A stretch of DNA of 64,000 nucleotides from a virus (lineage: Duplodnaviria > Caudoviricetes): the IMG/VR virus record IMGVR_UViG_3300029267_004155, one strand, 5' to 3'. Position numbers and translations under genes: made by a program. Below are positions 14,367 through 23,463 of the stretch, piece by piece (position 1 is the first letter of the stretch; every line of letters begins with the position of its first letter). The notes below the pieces were generated by a model. The model was not told the DNA's origin and ran no database searches. It saw only the letters and a program-made list of their open reading frames with translations.

Positions 14367-15005
14367 ATGTTCGACGGAGTCAAGCTGTCGAAGAAGTTCC
14401 TGTCCAGGCGAGACACGTTCTTCGTGTCGCCGTCCTGGTTCGGCTGTGGGCACTGGGCGGTCCGGAGGGAGATGCTTCTTTCCCCGGACCTTTCCGGCCT
14501 GGGAGCTGGCGGGGTGGAGCTGACGACGGGCGAGATTGCCACGAAGCTCGGCCTCGAGCCTTACAGGGCGCAGTGGCATTGGAGGGAGGACGACATGTTC
14601 GAGGCCATGCTCTGCCCGGAGCCGGACGGTGCCGAGAGGTTCCGCCGGCAGGAGTGGGTGAAGGTGGGCTGCGACTCGGGTCGGAATGTCGACTCGGTCC
14701 TGTTCCAGGGGGATGACTCGGGGACCCCGTGCTTCATCGACAGGGACTTCGTCCAGACGTTCGACGTCGACGAGCTCGTGATGGGCGCCGGCGGGAAGGT
14801 CGCGATGCACGATCCGGAAAGGCGCGTCGTCATCGCCAGGAGGGTCGGGGACCTTCCGCGCGTGATGGTGACGAAGGATCGGGTCATCCGGGAGGAGGAC
14901 CTGATGGCGGCGGTCCGGGACGCGTGCGCCGAAGCGAAGCTCGATCCGGGTGTCGGTGGCCAGCTCTCGTATGCGATCGGCAGGAGGATAGGGGTGGCGG
15001 TGTGA
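14367..15005 (+). CDS. hypothetical protein
   Basis: 212 aa with RBS. Confidence 0.75.
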   Translation: MFDGVKLSKKFLSRRDTFFVSPSWFGCGHWAVRREMLLSPDLSGLGAGGVELTTGEIATKLGLEPYRAQWHWREDDMFEAMLCPEPDGAERFRRQEWVKVGCDSGRNVDSVLFQGDDSGTPCFIDRDFVQTFDVDELVMGAGGKVAMHDPERRVVIARRVGDLPRVMVTKDRVIREEDLMAAVRDACAEAKLDPGVGGQLSYAIGRRIGVAV

Positions 15006-15083
15006 CATGGCCTGGCTGTGTGTTCGAATATGCAGTCTCGTGCGTGATTTGGACCGCCGTCGGGCGCCGGCTGGCACCGAGGC

Positions 15084-15268
15084 TTGATTTTTCTGTGAGA
15101 TCGAGTATAATATTGACAAGAGAGGCTACCCGCGGGTCCTTAGGGGCCCGGGCTGGGGCAGTTGCCGACGACACCCCGGGATTGTGCGCCGGGATGGCAG
15201 AGGACGCGGTGTCGGTCGGGAAGCCGATCTCCAAGTTGGCCCGCCGAGAGGCGGGCCTTCCTCTTTTT
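15084..15268 (+). ncRNA. candidate stand-alone structured sRNA with own promoter and terminator
   Basis: TTGATT-N16-TATAAT, ~150 nt of hairpins, GGCCCGCC-GAGA-GGCGGGCC plus T-tract, no credible ORF. Confidence 0.5.
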
Positions 15269-15309
15269 GGGGATGGCCCGATGCCGGGGTGGCTCGTCGA
15301 CGCGGGCGC

Positions 15310-16050
15310 TCATCCCCACGGCGGATCGTCGGGATAGCCGAAGGCGTCGAAGTCGGCGGAGAAGATTCTCCTGACGGCCCGCAGGAGCCGGTCGTCGTAG
15401 AAGTGTCGGTACGGGGGCACGCCGGCGCTGGTCGGGTAGAAGCGCGTGTCCGGGTCGCACCTCATCGCCGGGACGACCGTCTGGTGGTGGGAGGGGGTCG
15501 GGAGGCCGTCGAAGGAGTAGTCCGTCCCGTGGAGCCGGTTGAACTCGGAGAGCCCGCTGGCGGCGTCCTCGATCCTGACGACGTGGTAGCGGTTCGGGAA
15601 GGTCCTGTCGTGCAGGCTCAGCTGGGAGCCGACGTGAGGGTTGAAGGTCTCCAGGTCGAGGCGTTCGAGCTCGGAGACGAACTCTCGGAAGGTCATGCCG
15701 GCGAACCTGCGGGGCCATTCGAGGTGAGGCCCCGCGGTCCTGGCCATGACGACGGCGTGGAAGTAGCTGCTGACGGTCCTCGCGTATGGGTTCCTGGACG
15801 TCCGGATGCCTGGGACTGACGGGTCGGAGAGGGCGTCGAGGGTGGCCGGGTGCGCGGCGTGGTGGGGGCCGATCCGGTAGACGTGCACCCACGGGTCGTG
15901 CCGGAGGGCCTCGTCCAGGAGGCCGATCGATCTGAGGACGGCCTGGACCAGCATGGTGCAGCCGGCCTTGTGGTTCAGGCGAGCCAGGACGCCCCGAGAC
16001 GGGTCCAGCATGAGGTAGAACTTGAGATAGTGGTCGAGGTGGTTGTCCAT
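15310..16050 (-). CDS. sulfotransferase family 2-like protein
   Basis: HKAGCT (5'-PSB) and RNPYARTVSSY (3'-PB) motifs; AAGGAG RBS and TTGCAG-N17-TACTAT promoter on the minus strand. Confidence 0.85.
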   Translation of the reverse strand: MDNHLDHYLKFYLMLDPSRGVLARLNHKAGCTMLVQAVLRSIGLLDEALRHDPWVHVYRIGPHHAAHPATLDALSDPSVPGIRTSRNPYARTVSSYFHAVVMARTAGPHLEWPRRFAGMTFREFVSELERLDLETFNPHVGSQLSLHDRTFPNRYHVVRIEDAASGLSEFNRLHGTDYSFDGLPTPSHHQTVVPAMRCDPDTRFYPTSAGVPPYRHFYDDRLLRAVRRIFSADFDAFGYPDDPPWG

Positions 16051-16107
16051 CGGTGCTCCTTTTGACGTATAGTAGGCCGTAAGGAGATTGTCTGCAAGGA
16101 GGTCGCG

Positions 16108-16401
16108 ATGAGAGATGGGCTCGGGGTGCTGCTCGTCGAGGGCGGCGACGGAAAGGTCGCGGTGCAGCTGTTCGAGAGGCCGGAGGTGATGGCCGAGAGC
16201 CTTGGGCATCTGAAGGGGCGCGTGTCCGACGACCCGTCCAGGGTGACGGGCCTGACGGTGAGGTGGCCGGAGGGCGGTGGCGTCTCGGTGGAGGCCGTGG
16301 CGGTCGACTTGCCGGAGCCGCCGGAGACGCCCTGGGGCTGGAGGGTCGGCGAGGGTCCGATGAACGATCCGCAAGAAGGAGGCGACGCCGATGTTTCTTG
16401 A
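16108..16401 (+). CDS. hypothetical protein
   Basis: AAGGAGG RBS. Confidence 0.6.
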   Translation: MRDGLGVLLVEGGDGKVAVQLFERPEVMAESLGHLKGRVSDDPSRVTGLTVRWPEGGGVSVEAVAVDLPEPPETPWGWRVGEGPMNDPQEGGDADVS

Positions 16402-16822
16402 ACTGGAGATATCCGACAAGGTCGACAAGGACTGGGCGATCGGGATGCTGGAGACGCTCGACTTCGTGGCCGGGGCGGCCGAGACGACGGTGAAGGGGGA
16501 GGTCTGCGAGGCCTGGGGGAAGCTCCTGGCCGAGGTGGGCGCGGAGCTCTACCAGCTGGAGGACGGGAGCGATCCCAACTGTCCGCTGAACGCCTTGCGC
16601 GGGGAGATCGAGGACGCGATCGGGACCAGCTGCTCGAAGGGGCACAAGGACTGGTCCCGGGTCATGAGGGTCGGCGCCGTGTCGGCTTCGGTCCCGGCCC
16701 CGGCCCCGGAGCCGAAGGAAGAGGGTCCGGACGTCGGCGTCTGGACCGACGGGAGCGATCCGAAGGGCCTGATTGACCTGATCGGCCATGTTGAGATCGT
16801 GGACAGGGTCGAGGAACTCTGA
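16391..16822 (+). CDS. hypothetical protein
   Basis: AAGGAGG RBS. Confidence 0.7.
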   Translation: MFLELEISDKVDKDWAIGMLETLDFVAGAAETTVKGEVCEAWGKLLAEVGAELYQLEDGSDPNCPLNALRGEIEDAIGTSCSKGHKDWSRVMRVGAVSASVPAPAPEPKEEGPDVGVWTDGSDPKGLIDLIGHVEIVDRVEEL

Positions 16823-16888
16823 CTTTTTTTCAGGAAAACGCACGCGACGCGTGGAAAATCGGCCTCTTTTGGCAATATGGGGGTGGAG
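16820..16888 (+). promoter_or_regulatory. conserved motif copy 2 (~70-bp near-identical to 20288-20355)
   Basis: TGACTTTTTT..CGCGTGGAAAATCGGCCTCTTTTGGCAATATGGGGGTGGAG. Confidence 0.8.
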
Positions 16889-16910
16889 TTCAAGCCAAGG
16901 AGGAACCTAG

Positions 16911-19052
16911 ATGCCAGTTGGATACTACAGCAAGGAACAGGCGCAGGACGCGGTGGTCGCTGCCGGGCTCGGCGCGGCCGGACTTGACGGTGTCAGGGTT
17001 GTTTGGCACGACGAGAAGATCGTTCCCAACGCCGATCCCGACAAGGGCGTCGTCAACCTTCCCCGCCTCGCTTGCGCCGAGGGGTTCACCCAGGAGGAGC
17101 TGACCGTCCTCCGGGGCAACACCGACCACGAGATCGGCCACTGCAAGGAGTCCGTCGGGGTTTCCAGGCGCCAGTGGCCCAAGGGTCCCCTCTTCGGAAT
17201 TTGGAACGCGATCGAGGATCGCCGCATGGAGCGCGCCTTCTCGAAGGAGTGGCCCGGCATCCGGTCCACCTTCCGCGACGCCCTCGGCATCGCCAACAGG
17301 AAGATCGGCGGCAACATCCTCGACGGCAAGGAGTATCCTCCACTGTGGGAGGCGCTCGCGGCCATGAGCTTCCAGTCCGAGGGCGAGGCTCCGACGTGGA
17401 AGCTCACCGACAAGGCCGACCACTACTACCAGGCCGGATATGCCACCTTCTCCGAGTGGCGCGAGTGCGAGACGGCCAGGGACGCCCTGGACCTCGCCAA
17501 GCGCCTCCACGCCGTTCTCAATCAGGCCAACAAGGACTGGCAGGAGAAGCAGGACGACGGTCAGGGCCAGGGCTCTGGCGACGGCGAGGACGAACGGGAC
17601 GGGCAGGACGGGCAGCCGGGCGAGAAGAAGTCCGACGACAGCGACGGCGAGGGCGGCCAGGATGCCGGTGGCCAGGATGCAGGGGAGCCTGCTGGAGAGT
17701 CCGACGAGGAAGGTGACAAGGACGCCGGCGACGGTTCTGGTGCTGGCGGCTCGAAAGAGCTTGATGACGATGGTGACGACTCCGGCGACTCCGAAGACGG
17801 GCAGTCTGGCGGGGGAGGTTCGGACGATGGTGACGACTCCGGCGACTCCGAAGACGGGCAGTCTGGCGGGGGAGGTTCGGACGATGACGGTGACGGACAG
17901 GGCGATGGAGCCTCCGGGGGCGGCGAGCCGGACGAGGGCGGCGAGCCGGACCGGCACGACGGGGCCGAGGGTCATGGTGGCGGCGGCCGGGGGCCCGGTG
18001 GTGGCCACAGGGACGAACTGCCGGACGACGAGGACGTCGACAGGGGCTTGACGCCCGAGGACGTCGAGAGGGCCATTGCCGAGGACATGGACGGGGACAA
18101 CCCCATCGACCTCGTCAAGGGCGAGATCGTCGTGGAGGCGATGGAGCGAGTCGAGAGGGACGCGTGGAGCTCGGGCGCCAGTCCGTACACGGCCCTCAGG
18201 CACACTGATGAGCACACGGTCCCGGCTGGCGACAGGGACGAGTTCATGGCTCTCAGGAAGAGTATCCAGACTTCCGTCTTCGCGCTGACCCGGATGCTGG
18301 AGCAGGCCCTCAGGGCCATGGCCAGCTGTCGCAGGTTGCGAGGCAAGCGGTCGGGCCGGCTGGACGCCACCCGGCTGGTCCACGTGGCCAAGAGCCTCTC
18401 CAGGGACGTCTTCGAGCGCAAGCGCCTCGGGTCCAAGCTGGACACGGCGGTCGTCCTGGTCATCGACGAGAGCGGCTCCATGTGGGCCTGCAGGGAGATA
18501 GGCAAGGTCGTGGCGGCCATGGGCGAGGCCATGTCGGCCTGCAACATCCCCTTCGAGATAGTGGGGGCGACCACCAAGTACAGTGGCGGGGCCAGGAGGT
18601 GTCCGTGCCTGGACGGCTTCACCCGGACCAACCCCGTGGTCTACATGCACTACAAGAGCTTCGGCGAGCGGTGGGCCGGCGTGGCTCACAGGATTGTCGA
18701 GATAGCGGCCCGCAAGCACCACATCGACGGCGAGGTCGTGGAGCACGGGGCTGCCCGGCTGCTGGGGCGCCGGGAGTCCCGCAAGGTCGTCATCAGCCTC
18801 TCGGACGGCGACCCCTGCGGCGGGCAGGGCAACGACCGGGAGCTGGCGAGCAACCTGGTCCGCGTCTGCAAGCGGGCCCGGGAGGCGGGCGTCGAGGTCT
18901 ACAGCCTGAGCATCGACACGACGACTCCGGCTCGCTACTACGGCAAAGAGAACAGCGTGGTCATGAAGAAGGGCGACGACTTCGGCAAGGAGTTCGCCAG
19001 GAACTTCGTCAAGATACTCACCGACGGGCGGTTGAAGGTCGCCGGGGTCTAA
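16911..19052 (+). CDS. CobT-like protein: HExxH domain, acidic linker, C-terminal VWA
   Basis: [18 protein letters not shown]-rich linker, IDESGSM MIDAS and LSDG. Confidence 0.88.
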   Translation: MPVGYYSKEQAQDAVVAAGLGAAGLDGVRVVWHDEKIVPNADPDKGVVNLPRLACAEGFTQEELTVLRGNTDHEIGHCKESVGVSRRQWPKGPLFGIWNAIEDRRMERAFSKEWPGIRSTFRDALGIANRKIGGNILDGKEYPPLWEALAAMSFQSEGEAPTWKLTDKADHYYQAGYATFSEWRECETARDALDLAKRLHAVLNQANKDWQEKQDDGQGQGSGDGEDERDGQDGQPGEKKSDDSDGEGGQDAGGQDAGEPAGESDEEGDKDAGDGSGAGGSKELDDDGDDSGDSEDGQSGGGGSDDGDDSGDSEDGQSGGGGSDDDGDGQGDGASGGGEPDEGGEPDRHDGAEGHGGGGRGPGGGHRDELPDDEDVDRGLTPEDVERAIAEDMDGDNPIDLVKGEIVVEAMERVERDAWSSGASPYTALRHTDEHTVPAGDRDEFMALRKSIQTSVFALTRMLEQALRAMASCRRLRGKRSGRLDATRLVHVAKSLSRDVFERKRLGSKLDTAVVLVIDESGSMWACREIGKVVAAMGEAMSACNIPFEIVGATTKYSGGARRCPCLDGFTRTNPVVYMHYKSFGERWAGVAHRIVEIAARKHHIDGEVVEHGAARLLGRRESRKVVISLSDGDPCGGQGNDRELASNLVRVCKRAREAGVEVYSLSIDTTTPARYYGKENSVVMKKGDDFGKEFARNFVKILTDGRLKVAGV
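17766..17879. repeat. 57-bp in-frame tandem duplication in the acidic linker
   Basis: Two identical units starting at 17766 and 17823. Confidence 0.9.
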
Positions 19053-19064
19053 GGAGGGACGACG

Positions 19065-19616
19065 ATGCAAAAGAGAGCGATATGGCAGAAGGTCGGGCAC
19101 TGCGTCAAAGGCTCGAGCGACAAGCTGTACGTCGTGGTTGTGATCGAGGGGCCGACGTTGGGCGAGTTCGAGGTCGTGGCCAGGTGGGGCAAGCGGCGGC
19201 TGACCGGTCCCCAGCAGAGCAAGACGTACCACGAGTGTGGCTCTCTCACCGGGGCCTTGTGCGAGGCCGAGAAGCTGTGGAAGAAGAAGGTCGATAAGGG
19301 GTATGTGGACATCGACGCGCCGGGGTACGACGGCCCGATCTACTGGGACTGGCTGCGCGGGACCGACTGGTACACCGCAGGGGCCGAGGGCGCCCGGATC
19401 ATGCGGGGCAGCCAGCCGGCCATGCCGGCCGCCAAGTTGAAGGAGAGGACCTTCGTCGTGGTCTGCGTCAACGCGGGCGGCGTGGAGGACAGGTTCGTCG
19501 AGGGTGAGCAGTACGCGGCCGAGGGGCATTCCGACTCCGAGATGCTGTGGGTCACCGACATGAGGGGCAAGAGGGACGAGTGGTTCATGGAGCGTTTCGA
19601 GCGCCTGTCCGTCTGA
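19065..19616 (+). CDS. WGR-domain-like protein with C-terminal small beta module
   Basis: SDKLY...ARWGKR...KKVDKGY. Confidence 0.7.
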   Translation: MQKRAIWQKVGHCVKGSSDKLYVVVVIEGPTLGEFEVVARWGKRRLTGPQQSKTYHECGSLTGALCEAEKLWKKKVDKGYVDIDAPGYDGPIYWDWLRGTDWYTAGAEGARIMRGSQPAMPAAKLKERTFVVVCVNAGGVEDRFVEGEQYAAEGHSDSEMLWVTDMRGKRDEWFMERFERLSV

Positions 19617-19627
19617 GGAGGTTCGAT

Positions 19628-20290
19628 ATGATGTTCGTCAAGTATGTCGGCTCTGGACGGGAGGGGGCGGTCCTGAGGAAGGGGCGCGTGTACCTGGGGC
19701 GCCCGGCGCTGGAGGACCATGCCGCGGTGGACGTGGACAAGGTGGTGGTCGTCGGCGACGACGGCTCCGAGGTGTCGTTCCGGCCGGCCGACTCGGAGGG
19801 CTCTTTCGAGTTCCTGGACTTCGTCTACGCGGTGGTTCTCCGGGACTGCGGCGTGGGGGCTGCCGGGGACGTCGTGAGGTTGGAGGGGGCGGACGACGAC
19901 GGCTACTACCTGGTGGCGGGGAAGGGGCATCACAACGCGGCCTTCTTCGAGATCATGGACGAGTCGAACCTGGCCCCGGGCTTCTGGGTCCTGGACCTGT
20001 CCGACGGCCGCTGGCGGCAGATCACGCGCGTCGCGGCGTGCGGGTGGGTGGCGATCGAGGGCCTGTCGTCGATGCGGCCGTTGACTGACTTCGCCTTTCC
20101 GGTCGGGGGCGGAGGCGTCCTGGCAGAGCCGGTGGCGCGCTGTGTGGACGTGGCCGGCGAGCCTGGGCTGGAGGAGGGCCGGGTCTACCGGATGACGGGG
20201 TGGGACAGGGTCGGAGGCATCGTGGAGATCGTGGTCGACGATGTCGAGAGGTCCTTCATGGAATCCAGGTTCGAGATAGGGGACGTTTGA
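19628..20290 (+). CDS. hypothetical protein with repeated SH3-like modules
   Basis: GAGGAGG RBS; L..G..Y and RF motifs. Confidence 0.7.
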   Translation: MMFVKYVGSGREGAVLRKGRVYLGRPALEDHAAVDVDKVVVVGDDGSEVSFRPADSEGSFEFLDFVYAVVLRDCGVGAAGDVVRLEGADDDGYYLVAGKGHHNAAFFEIMDESNLAPGFWVLDLSDGRWRQITRVAACGWVAIEGLSSMRPLTDFAFPVGGGGVLAEPVARCVDVAGEPGLEEGRVYRMTGWDRVGGIVEIVVDDVERSFMESRFEIGDV

Positions 20291-20355
20291 CTTTTTTCAG
20301 GAAAACGCGCGCGACGCGTGGAAAATCGGCCTCTTTTGGCAATATGGGGGTGGAG
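20288..20355 (+). promoter_or_regulatory. conserved motif copy 3
   Basis: Near-identical to 16820-16888. Confidence 0.8.
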
Positions 20356-20381
20356 ACACGGCCAACCAAGGAGGAACCGAG

Positions 20382-21596
20382 ATGGCAACGAAGGCGAACG
20401 AGAAGCAAGTGGCGGACAAGGTCGAGCAGCTGCTCGGCACCGAGGTCCGCATCGAGGTCAAGGCGGACGATCCTTCCGTCGTGGACATCGCCAAGGACCT
20501 GCGCCTGGCGCGGGTGCTCCTGGCGTTGACGACCAGGGGCATCGCGATCGAGCGGGCCGGCAACGTCATGACCATCTTCCGCATCGGGGCCGCGCGGCCG
20601 GCCCAGGCGGGGCCGCCCAAGGGTGTCGTGGTGCCCGATCCTGACAGGCCGGAGGCCACCGCCACCCCGAAGGTGGACCGGAGCCGTCACAGCTCCCGCC
20701 CGTACGCCAAGGAGAAGGACGTGCTCGACGTGGTCACGGACGACGCGAGCCACGTCCTCATGTTCGTCGGGCCCGCGGGCTGCGGCAAGACCTTCGAGGC
20801 TCGCCGCATCGCCGAGCTGACGGGACGCAAGTTCTACCGCCTCCAGTGCCATGGCGACATGACCTCCGCCGACCTCTTCGGCGAGAAGACCGTCGAGGTC
20901 GACGAGAAGACCGGCCAGTCGGTCGTCGTCTACAAGCCGGGCACCGTGGTCCAGGCCTGGCAGGAGGGGCTCGACGAGGACGGCAACGAGACCGGCCAGG
21001 CGGCGCTTCTCCTGATCGACGAGTGGGCGGCCATGCCGACCCACCTGTTCATCGCTCTCAACGCCTCCCTGGAGTCGGACGACCCCCGGCGCAGGCTGGT
21101 GGTCGAGGCTGACGGCGGCAGGCTCATCCGGAGCCACAGCGGCCTCCGCATCATCCTCACGAGCAACCTGGCGGGGCGCGGGGCCTCGACCATGGGCGAG
21201 GCCCTTCACACGGCCCAGGCGGACGCTCAGGACATCTCGGGCATCAACCGGGTGGCTGCCACTTTCCGCTTCGGCTATGACAGGAAGCTGGAGAAGGGCA
21301 TTCTCATGGAGAAGGTGGGCGACGACAGGGTGGTCCGGGACATCCTGCGCCTCCGCGACCAGATCAGGGCCCAAATCAAGACCGAGCGCCTGCGGGAGCC
21401 TTTCGGCACCCGGCACTTGATCGCCATAGCGAACCTCTATCGCATCTGGGGCGACCTCGGGAAGGCGCTCTACCTGTCCATCATGACGGGCATGGCGCCC
21501 GATGAGCGGGCGGTCGTCAACGAGACCGCCAAGAACGTCCTCGACCGCGACCTCATGAAGGAGATCGAGGACGACGAGGACATCGACTACATGTGA
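20382..21596 (+). CDS. MoxR/CobS-like AAA+ ATPase
   Basis: Walker A GPAGCGKT, Walker B LLIDE, TSN sensor, GTRHL. Confidence 0.9.
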   Translation: MATKANEKQVADKVEQLLGTEVRIEVKADDPSVVDIAKDLRLARVLLALTTRGIAIERAGNVMTIFRIGAARPAQAGPPKGVVVPDPDRPEATATPKVDRSRHSSRPYAKEKDVLDVVTDDASHVLMFVGPAGCGKTFEARRIAELTGRKFYRLQCHGDMTSADLFGEKTVEVDEKTGQSVVVYKPGTVVQAWQEGLDEDGNETGQAALLLIDEWAAMPTHLFIALNASLESDDPRRRLVVEADGGRLIRSHSGLRIILTSNLAGRGASTMGEALHTAQADAQDISGINRVAATFRFGYDRKLEKGILMEKVGDDRVVRDILRLRDQIRAQIKTERLREPFGTRHLIAIANLYRIWGDLGKALYLSIMTGMAPDERAVVNETAKNVLDRDLMKEIEDDEDIDYM

Positions 21597-21621
21597 CCTC
21601 GGCGGCTGGCCGTGCCGCTCC

Positions 21622-21656
21622 GGGCCGGGACATCAAGGTCCCGGCCCTTTTTCTTT
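21622..21656 (+). terminator. intrinsic terminator
   Basis: GGGCCGGGAC-ATCAAG-GTCCCGGCCC-TTTTT. Confidence 0.9.
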
Positions 21657-21721
21657 GTCCGGATCGCTTGCTTTCGGGGTTGTCCTGCGCTATTTGTTAG
21701 TCAACCGGAGGTGGCCCGCGT

Positions 21722-22129
21722 ATGGATGGAAACGACAGGTACCTGATCTACCGGATGCTCGGTCGGCGAGTCGACATGACCCCGCCGAGAAGAAGCCGTC
21801 GCGCGTGCCACGTGGTGGGCGTCGTGGAGAAGGTGGTCCGGAACATCTTCGACAACGTCGTGGAGCTGACGGTGGCCGGCCGGATGTTCTCCTTCGACGA
21901 GCCGAGCGCGATATTGGCGCAGGAGGATGACGTCGTCTTCGTCTACGGCGGCAGGATCGCCGCGGCCGACGACGAGGTCTTCCGGCAGGTTGGTGAGAAG
22001 GCCCACTCCGGCGAGAACATCTATGACGTGATGAGGCGCACCGAGGGCCGCTCGGAGAGGCTGCTCCGTTTCCGCCTGGGGCCTTCTGAGAAGGTCCGGC
22101 GCGTCCGGCGACGCCCGGCCATGGTCTGA
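21722..22129 (+). CDS. hypothetical protein
   Basis: GGAGG RBS. Confidence 0.7.
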   Translation: MDGNDRYLIYRMLGRRVDMTPPRRSRRACHVVGVVEKVVRNIFDNVVELTVAGRMFSFDEPSAILAQEDDVVFVYGGRIAAADDEVFRQVGEKAHSGENIYDVMRRTEGRSERLLRFRLGPSEKVRRVRRRPAMV

Positions 22130-22170
22130 TCCTTTCTTTTGATCTTTCCTGACTTTTTTTGCTCCTCCGC

Positions 22171-22208
22171 GTGGAAAACCTGCCTCTTTTGGCAATATGG
22201 GGGTAGAG
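22171..22208 (+). promoter_or_regulatory. conserved motif copy 4
   Basis: GTGGAAAA-CCTGCCTCTTTT-GGCAATATGGGGGTAGAG. Confidence 0.78.
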
Positions 22209-22246
22209 CGTGCGATGAGAACGGCCAACCAAGGAGGACCGACAAG

Positions 22247-23383
22247 ATGACAGAGACCATCAACGAAGGCACGGGCGCGGGGCTGGGGGTCAACGTCTGG
22301 TACACGGTGCCGCAGGGCATCGTCATTCCGGCGGAGGATGCCCAGGCTGCCGCGGTGAGAAACGGCTTCCAGGAATGCGACTTCCCGGTGCCGAGCCCGC
22401 GGACCGAGGTGTCCCGCGCGGCGCACTCCCTGCAGGATCGCCGGCACAAGAGCAACCGGCGCGTGACCGAGAAGACCAAGGACAACGACCGCTACGTGGT
22501 CTATGGCATCCTCGACCAGACCCGCAAGGGCGACGAGGAGGTCGCGTTCGAGCAGGGCACGACGGTCCGCTTCGACAAGGAGACCGGACGGGTGGACGCG
22601 GAAGGCCCGCTTGCCGAGGACTTCCAGAAGCGCTACAACAAGGTCAAGGGCGCGGTCACGGATGACGACGTCCGCATCTTCCTGCGCCGGGTGGTCGGCA
22701 TGTGCTTCGGGGTTCCGAAGCGCCCGACGGGCGGCATCTGGTTCGTCCCCGGCCACGTGGCGACCATCGTCGAGAACGCGCAGGCCGTACTGGACGAGCT
22801 GAAGACTGGGGCCAAGCTCTACCTCGAAGGCGTCGTGAACGGCGTCAGGGAGCGGGAGAACGTCTGGGAGTCGGTCGAGGGCGAGATCGAGAAGAGGATC
22901 GAGGAGACCCTCCGGGCGGTCGAGCGCATCGGCAAGCGGGCGGCCGGCCTCGTTGACCACGAGGCGACGATCGCCGGGCTTGACGAGCTCATGAAGGTGT
23001 ACTCCAACATCCTGGGCGAGGAGGCCCGGCACGAGGCGCTCGCGGAGAAGCTGTCGGACGCGGCGCAGACGGTCGCGGCCAAGATGGCTGCCATGCAGGC
23101 CACTCGGATGGTCCGCAAGGCCAAGGGTCGCAAGAAGGGCGGTTCGACCGCGTCGGGCGGATACGGGACTCAGGTCGTCGAGGCCGTCAAGGGGGTCCTG
23201 GGGGCGGCTGGCGTCCCGCTCCACTATCGGGACATCGCCGACAAGGCGTTCGAGGCGGGCCTGGCCAAGCGTGGCCGCGACCCCCACAAGACCGTGGCGT
23301 CGTGGATCGCCGAGGCTGGCCGGGACGGGGCCGACAGCCCCTTCGTCCGGGCGGGGCGCGGGACCTACACCCTCGCCTCCTGA
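22247..23383 (+). CDS. hypothetical protein with C-terminal winged HTH (HARE-HTH-like)
   Basis: AAGGAGG RBS; PLHYRDIA...GL...P..TV...F.R.GRG.Y.L. Confidence 0.75.
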   Translation: MTETINEGTGAGLGVNVWYTVPQGIVIPAEDAQAAAVRNGFQECDFPVPSPRTEVSRAAHSLQDRRHKSNRRVTEKTKDNDRYVVYGILDQTRKGDEEVAFEQGTTVRFDKETGRVDAEGPLAEDFQKRYNKVKGAVTDDDVRIFLRRVVGMCFGVPKRPTGGIWFVPGHVATIVENAQAVLDELKTGAKLYLEGVVNGVRERENVWESVEGEIEKRIEETLRAVERIGKRAAGLVDHEATIAGLDELMKVYSNILGEEARHEALAEKLSDAAQTVAAKMAAMQATRMVRKAKGRKKGGSTASGGYGTQVVEAVKGVLGAAGVPLHYRDIADKAFEAGLAKRGRDPHKTVASWIAEAGRDGADSPFVRAGRGTYTLAS

Positions 23384-23395
23384 AGGTGTCACGGG

Positions 23396-23424
23396 AAAGC
23401 CGGAGGGTGTCCTCCGGCTTTTCT
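23396..23424 (+). terminator. intrinsic terminator
   Basis: AAAGCCGGAGG-GTGT-CCTCCGGCTTTT. Confidence 0.85.
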
Positions 23425-23463
23425 GTTCAAGGCGTATAATGGGAAAAGAAGGAGGATCATGAC

